Shown here: in pieces, positions 57,046-64,000 of the stretch
Layout of the letters: each line of letters starts with the position of its first letter
Position numbering within the stretch: position 1 is the first letter of the stretch
Origin: Camelus dromedarius
Taxonomy: Eukaryota
Direction of reading: 5' to 3'
NCBI RefSeq assembly: GCF_036321535.1
Contig: NC_087437.1
Location: forward strand, 117,058,001-117,122,000
Length of the DNA stretch: 64,000 bases
Position numbers and translations under genes: made by a program
Notes under the pieces: generated by a model
Told to the model about the DNA's origin: nothing
Seen by the model: the letters and a program-made list of their open reading frames with translations, nothing else
Databases searched by the model: none

Positions 57046-59502
57046 TAAACAAGAACACAAAGGATACTGTTCAGTTTAACTCATGAATATGCCTAATGTT
57101 ACCTGATATGAACGTATTTGGCATAAACTTTTATGCTTCATCCCTAGGGTTTCTCAATCATGATGCTACCAGCATGAGGAAGCTCTGATAAAATATCACA
57201 GTACAGGACTGTCCCCACTTCCAGGACATCGAGTATCTCTGGCTCCCTTCCATTAATGCCAATAACATTCCCCAAGCCACTCCAACACCAACAGTGCCCC
57301 ACACATTTTCAAACTCCTTGAGATACACTGCTCCAAAGAAATTTGAAACAGAGTTCTAGACCTCAATTTTGGTTCTGAATCATGAATTCAAATGTAAAAT
57401 AAACCTGGATTCAATATAAATTTTGTTCATAAGCCCTGGTGACATCTTCAACTTTCCAACCTGACTCACATTTCCCACCGTGACAGATATTGCAAGGCAA
57501 AACTCAAAAGATACATCAAAGCTCAGACAGACCTCAAAAAAGTATTTAATATTCATCCACACTCTGCGCTTCAAAGTGTCAATATGTGAAAGTCCAAAAG
57601 CTGTTGAAGATAATTAGCTCATCGTAGGAGAGGAGAGGGAGATAGGAAGAACTAAAAGGTAATTCCAAAAGGACCAAGAAAATCAGATCTAAGAACTTAT
57701 CAGTATTACAAATAAGAAAACAAAAAACACAGAAAAGTAACTGCACTGACTGATTTAAACAACATATCTAAAAGGATTAAATATTTAAGATAAAATGACT
57801 TTGGGCAATGGTAACATAGCTTCTGTAAAGTGGAAAATCATTCTAACTGTTTTCTTTGAGATTTTCACTATTCAGTTGGTTAGAGAACTTCTTACATAAC
57901 TAAGTTTTGAGGTTACACAACCAACCCTATCTGAGGATAGAGACTTGTTTTTGAAGATCAGCGATGAAAGATACAGATAAAAAGAAATTCTCCAGATAGA
58001 AAAGGTATGGATAGAAAACTTTAAACAGATTGCTTCCTAGTGCTAGACATCTTATTTTATCTCTTAAACAATACAGAAGAAGAGCTTTACAAATAGGGAG
58101 ATTTTACTCACTGCCTGGATTGAAGAAGCAATAAAGCTGATCATTAAAATAATAGGAAGGCTCAACATAGGCAAGTACATCTAGACAAAGTCCAGGTATT
58201 ATAGGAACATGGACTCCATACAGCAGCTGTAATTCCCATAAGGAGAATTACAGTTTCTTTGCGTTTTTCCTGAGGATTCCAACATAATCAAATAAATGAT
58301 AACGTAACATAATCAAAGATGGGGGAAATTATCCTATTTTTGTATAAAATGAGGTTTATCTGAAAAAATAATACAGTTCTAGTCCCAATATAAACAACAG
58401 CAAAATAGTCAACAAAAAAAATGGTCTTGGATTAGTAAAAATACCATATTGATAAAATCAATAGATAATTTTCCTTCAGTATTCTCAAGTCCTAGATATG
58501 AACGTTAGTAACAGTATCTACCAGCAACTTCAATGAGTAAGCCACAGTTACTCAAGGTCTCCAAGAATCAGGCAAGAAACTAAATTCCTCCAATTGTCAA
58601 ATATCCAGTTTCCCTGCCATCCTGTTCTTTGTAACCAGCTTCACTCTCAGAAAGTTTATCAGCCACAATTCTAGGATCACTTGTATTAATATCTCTATTG
58701 CCAAATACTGCTGTGAGCACGAGCCCCTTCAAGCCCAGGGAAGCAGTTACAAAGAGTGGTAGTAGGGTCTAGATAAGCTGACTAATTGGAAAGTTACAGG
58801 AAAAAAGTAGCTTTTTCTGTAAAGAGATGCTGTAATCTAATTAGGATCCAGGAGGAATATTTAATACCTTTAATATGCACCTGTCTGACCTTCAGCTTCC
58901 CCTCAAATTATTTTAAACTATATCTAGAAATCCTGCAATGGAAAATGTATAAGTAAACTATTATACCGTAATTCCTATAACATTGAAAGGTACCATATAA
59001 CAATAAAACACAAGGAAGGGACAGAGATCACTGCCTTTTATACAAAATAAAAAATTTAGTGTCTTCTTTGCTTAAGTAACTCCCCTCAGCTCTGATGAGA
59101 CAGATGTTCTTGGCCTCTTTTCTAAGCTCTGTAAAGAAGTACAGGTTTCGTAGTCACTGGCAGGATAAATAGTCCCAAAGAAATAAGAGGAAAAAAGAGC
59201 TTAACACTTAGTATACACGAAAGAACCTAGACAGAGAAATGTTCTAGTGTTGGTGTTAAAAAGCATTTAAATGCATTTTAATTCAAAAAAGTTAACTATT
59301 TTTAGCTTCCCAGAGCAGTGACTGCTTGCTTACCCAACAGCCACTACCTCCCTACTTTAACACTAGCTTACTTTTCCAGATTCTTTCATAAACTAGGAGG
59401 CCATGTGATCTAGTTCTGGCCAATGACAGAGAAGAAATCTCCTGAGGCAGGGGCAATGTTCCTGGGAAAGTTCTAATGAAACAGTCATGGGGGCAGAGGG
59501 CA

Positions 59503-59650
59503 GGGGAGTCGTTATAGCTCAATGGTAGAGCACGTGCCTTGAATGTACAAGGTCCTGGGTTCAATCCCCAGTGCCTTCATTAAAAATAAATAAATAAATA
59601 AACCTAATTACCATCCGCACACAAAAAATTTAACAACAAAAACAAAAAAG
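59503..59650 (+). mobile_element. tRNA-derived SINE (Vic-1-like) nested in an MLT1-type LTR (about 59290-59905)
   Basis: tatagctcaatggtagag...ggtcctgggttcaatccccag; flanking ggccatgtgatctagttctggccaatga MLT1 motif. Confidence 0.83.
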
Positions 59651-61269
59651 TAACAAAGTAAAATAGTCACAGGAAAAAAGAATCCTTCCCTCCCATCATT
59701 TCTAGGATATGATGGCAAGAACTGCAAGAATCATTTAGCAACAGTAAAACTAAGAGTCTGAGGGGAAAAAAGCCAAAATGTCAAGGCCACCCAAATATAA
59801 AGACATTCATTAATGACACCATTAAATCACTGCATCAATTCCATCTACAGACTTGTAAAACATCATTATATATCTTTATTATTACTTAAGCCACTCCTTC
59901 TAAGCAAATAAAGTATTCTATAAGCCTCTTTTCATGTGCTACACAACCTTACAAACCGTAACAGCATGACCACCAACGTGAGTATCTATAGCAAAGTCAC
60001 CCACCAACCATCTCAATAAAACGAGGCTTGCCTGGAAAATGCTATCAATGCTGACTCCAATGTTAAATGGGACGTATTCTTAGCCTTCCTATGCAATCTG
60101 CTAATTTCATTTTCTTCCTCCTTTAGCAAAACAATGGCCCCTTCTTTCTAGACAATATAAGCCTTTCCAAATTACAAACTATTCAAGAAGACAAAAAAAA
60201 CTTAAGATTTTTGATATTCTAGATAGGGAGTTCTCCTGCTGTTTCTAGACCTACCATCAGATCATCTGAAAAAGATAAAACACAGAATGCAAAATTCTCT
60301 GGGACTTTATCCATAAATCAGCTGACTTTTGAAAAGAAAACACTCATCTTGAGATTTTCCTTGTATCAAATCAAAACAGCAGAATTTTCTAAGCAGAATA
60401 TTATCAAAATGTGCAAGGACTAATTAAAGTCTGGCTCCTACATAGAACTTAATTAAGAAATATTCTCAAAAAAGTCAAACTTCATTTTAAAAAAGTTTCA
60501 CAAGATGTATTAAAACAGAAGAGACAGGCACACTTTAACACGTTGATCAGCCACTGTGGACTGGGTGCCCCTGAGGAAACACAACTGTCACCCAAATTTG
60601 GGTGACGTGGCAATCAACGTAGTAAAACACATGTATTTTAAACATGCTTCAGCATACAGAAGATATGAAATAATAAAGTTCTTGGTCAAATAACAATTTC
60701 AGCCACATGAACATAGTAAAGACCACAGATATCAACATTAATGCAAAACATCTCCTAGTCAGACTTAGTTCATTTTTTCACCCAGAAGTTTGTCATATTC
60801 CAAATGACCAAAAGAAATAAAACCTATTCATTTTAGCTATGTCTTTAAAACAAATTCATAACATGCAATACAAACACAAATCAAGAGTTTATAGAATCAA
60901 ATAAAAGAAATGTACTTGATGGAGATTCTAGGTTCAGCTGCTGAGTCCTGAAATGTCTGAAATACTTAAGTAAATGCAATTAAGTATTCAGAACAGAAAT
61001 ATTATTTCCCAAATGAATAGGAAATAAAAAGTAAGAAAGCACCCATAGCTACACAGCTACTGTTTAAGGTATAGTTCAGAACAAATTCCTTCCTAATTCC
61101 TTAACAGCTTAAAGTACAACATTGTATTTAATGACCACAGCTAAAACGCTGATTTTTTTTTAAAAAGGGAATTTGAAAGAACAATTTTATTAAGTAATAA
61201 ACTATATTATAAAAGTTCAATCATTAAAATAGCACAGAAAAAATCCACAGAGGAAAGTCAGAAAGAATT

Positions 61270-63420
61270 TAGGAAATGATAATGACTGCATTCTCTGGTA
61301 AGGAGATGACGCAGATGGTGCGTGCAAATTGACAATCTGGAAAAGGTTAGATCCATATGTCACACCGGCCAAATGCTAAAATAAACTCTACATAAAGACA
61401 GTAAAAAAGAAATTACAAATGGCCTAGAAAAAATTTAAACGAATAGGAACATAATACTGCCTTCATAACTTTCTAGTACAGAAAGATTTTAAGGACAAAC
61501 CATAAAGGCAAAATAAAGATTAACAGATGTAACAAAATTAAAAATCTTAAACCTCTAAACAACCTCCAAAGAAAGCTAAAAGGCTCCCTGCAAACTGGAA
61601 AAAGGAATTTAGAACATGTGACAGATTAAAGAATAACCTAAATACATAGAGAATTCTTACAAAACAGTAAGACAGCAGCAGAAAAGCAGGCAAAAGATAT
61701 AAAAAAGGCAGTTCAGAAAAGTTGAATTATCAACAGCTAATAAACTTACTCCCTTAAAAAACAGTCCTAGGCACATAACTGCTGGGTCAGAGTGGGTCAG
61801 AGGTTAAGCGGGTTGTTAAGGCTGATGGTGACCACCCTTTCCTCTGATCTTCACATGGCTGTCCCCTTTTCATCATGCAGGTCAAATGCTACCCTGTCAA
61901 CAAAACCCTCACCACCCATCCGAAATACCTGGTACCTCCTTTCACCCTCCCTTCCCAATCCTCATCACCCATCTGAATTTGTATGAGTAACGTGTCAGCT
62001 GCTTCCAAACAGCTTCATCCCTTAGGCCTAAATTCCATGAAAGCAGGAGCCTTGTCCATCTCATCCACACTGGTATCCCTAGAACTCTGAACACGGTAAA
62101 CATTCATTTACTGAATAAATGCATCACCCATTAGTGAATCCAACACAAAATGGGGCTTACAGCCTGGACCTGCCCCTTATGAGTATAACTTTATCCAAGT
62201 TACTTGTCTCTCCTAGTTTCATTTCAAACAGGAAATCATGATACATACAAGGTAATAGTGTTGTTAAGAAAATTAAAAGAGATTACATAGGTTAATGCTG
62301 TTAATTTTTGTGCAGTACTTGGCCAAAAAAAAAAAAAAAAACTTAGCACTGATACTATTTTATCCATCAGATTGGTAAAAACTTAAAAGGTTATCTGGCT
62401 ATGAAATCAGTATATTCTCACATATGGTAGTCAGGGGTTTAAACAGGAAGTGGCATAAGGAAAGCAAATTTACAATAAACATTAAAAACATGTAAACCAT
62501 TTTACCTAATGATTAAGTTTCTAATTATAAGTAACAATTATATAAACTACAAATGAATGCATAGATACAGACATCTTATTTTGATATTCATTGAATCACT
62601 AATAGAAAAAAACTGGAAACCAACCAAATGTCCAAGAAGCAAATGGTTAGATAAAATGTTCCAGAGAAATGGAAAAGGAATTCACAACATAATTTTTTAG
62701 TTTATTTTTGTTAGCATATATGCATAAAGAAAAATAAACACTCATTTTAGTAATTTTTTCACTTTCTCTTTGCTTTTGCACTTCTACATATTCTACAACA
62801 AACATAAGAAATTTTTATTTAGCATTAGGACAATTTTTAGTTACAGTTCACATTGAAAAAACTAATGAACTAACTACATATCACTTGTTACACCCTGATA
62901 CAAACACCACTATCAACATCTTCAAACATTAACAAAAATAAGGGCAAATTTTAAGGCTTTAAATTGAGGCTCTAATACAAGGTCTTTCTCAAGCCAAAGG
63001 TCTCTCAATTTAGAATCCAGTTTCAGATACACCAATAATTTAACTAATAGATACCAGAATAAAGGGGTTAGGGGACTATCCTGACCCACAAGGATGTGAT
63101 TAACAGTTCTAGTTCTACATCTAACAAGTCATAACCAAGTCACAAAAATAACAAATGCTAGGTAATACTGAACACTTACAACGTACAAGGTACACTTTCT
63201 AACTATTTTAAGGTTTTGATTAAAATTAGTTCCTTATCACATTAATAATAGTTAAAACTTAATACAGTGATTACTATCTGACACTGTCCTAAGAACTTTA
63301 TATGCACTAACTTACTACACCTCCAAACTATTTCTCCTCATTTTCACAGATGAGAAAACAGTCACAGGCATTAAAAAGCTAAAACAGCAGAGCTAAAAAC
63401 ACAAATCCAGACTGTCTGGT
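61270..63420. mobile_element. Cluster of ancient L1ME, L2 and MIR remnants
   Basis: L2-like ttccatgaaagcaggagccttgtc...tttactgaataaatg (62035-62120); MIR-like cctcattttcacagatgagaaaac (63336-63359). Confidence 0.5.
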
Positions 63421-64000
63421 TTTGCAACTCTCTATCACCAGATCACTGTCATCAGCTATGCTGCATCTTAATAAAAACAGCATGTAAGGAAATAATCCAG
63501 GAGTATCACAAGAATTTTAGAGCCAGGATGGCCTCCAAACATTTTTTAATGCCAAATATATGCACACTGATTAAAATCAACATAGAGAAATTTTTTCTAA
63601 GCAGTTCAATTCTCACATCCAAATCTTTCACCTACTCCATTACAAATACTAAAATGAAAGTCAAATTCTAAAGTAATACTGAGTGCATAATTCACCCTGC
63701 ATTGCTAGACTTATTACATAATTTTAACACAAAAGTTCTATGTTCAAAAAGCAACTTTCCCATTTCTACATAAAAAAATGAAAGATAGTAAATAATCACT
63801 GAAAGATTCTATTTTGCAAGTTCCTAATGAAATGGATTAAGGAACCAAAAAAAAAAAAAAAAAAGGAATGTGTAACTTCAATGTATCTCATGACCATTCA
63901 GTGTTAAAACACTGCTCTGACCTACAAACTACACATCTTAGAGATTTTAAGAAATCAAAGATGAGACATTATTTAATAACCAAACTGTTTGATGGGTTCT

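Overview
Mammalian genomic DNA, AT-rich and CpG-depleted, probably camelid because it carries six tRNA-derived SINEs of the Vic-1 type. The whole window lies inside BRWD1 (bromodomain and WD repeat-containing protein 1) on the minus strand. I can splice 24 consecutive coding exons (human-equivalent exons 5-28, positions 55684 down to 61) with GT-AG junctions and consistent phases into one open frame. It covers the N-terminal region, the WD40 propeller, the Ser/Arg/acidic linker and the start of the cryptic Tudor region; the promoter, exons 1-4 and the bromodomains are outside the window. Introns hold the usual eutherian repeats (L1, L2, MIR, MER/Charlie/Tigger, MLT and ERV LTRs). The standout is a 4.57-kb interrupted (CA)n minisatellite, unit CCCAGTGC[A/G](CA)n, making up about 60% of intron 15. 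It has a polar unit-length gradient, internal block duplications, a 14-bp flanking direct repeat, no stop codon in any frame, and reads as a giant UG-repeat with no AG in the pre-mRNA. Other points of interest: an exon-5 read-through giving a short GTLI-stop isoform, a polyadenylated LTR-like retrocopy, a twin-primed L1, a 20-bp palindrome and several candidate alternative splice events. Gene and repeat names come from recognition, not database searches, and old-repeat boundaries are approximate. I see no evidence of a wholly new gene system; functional ideas about the array are hypotheses.
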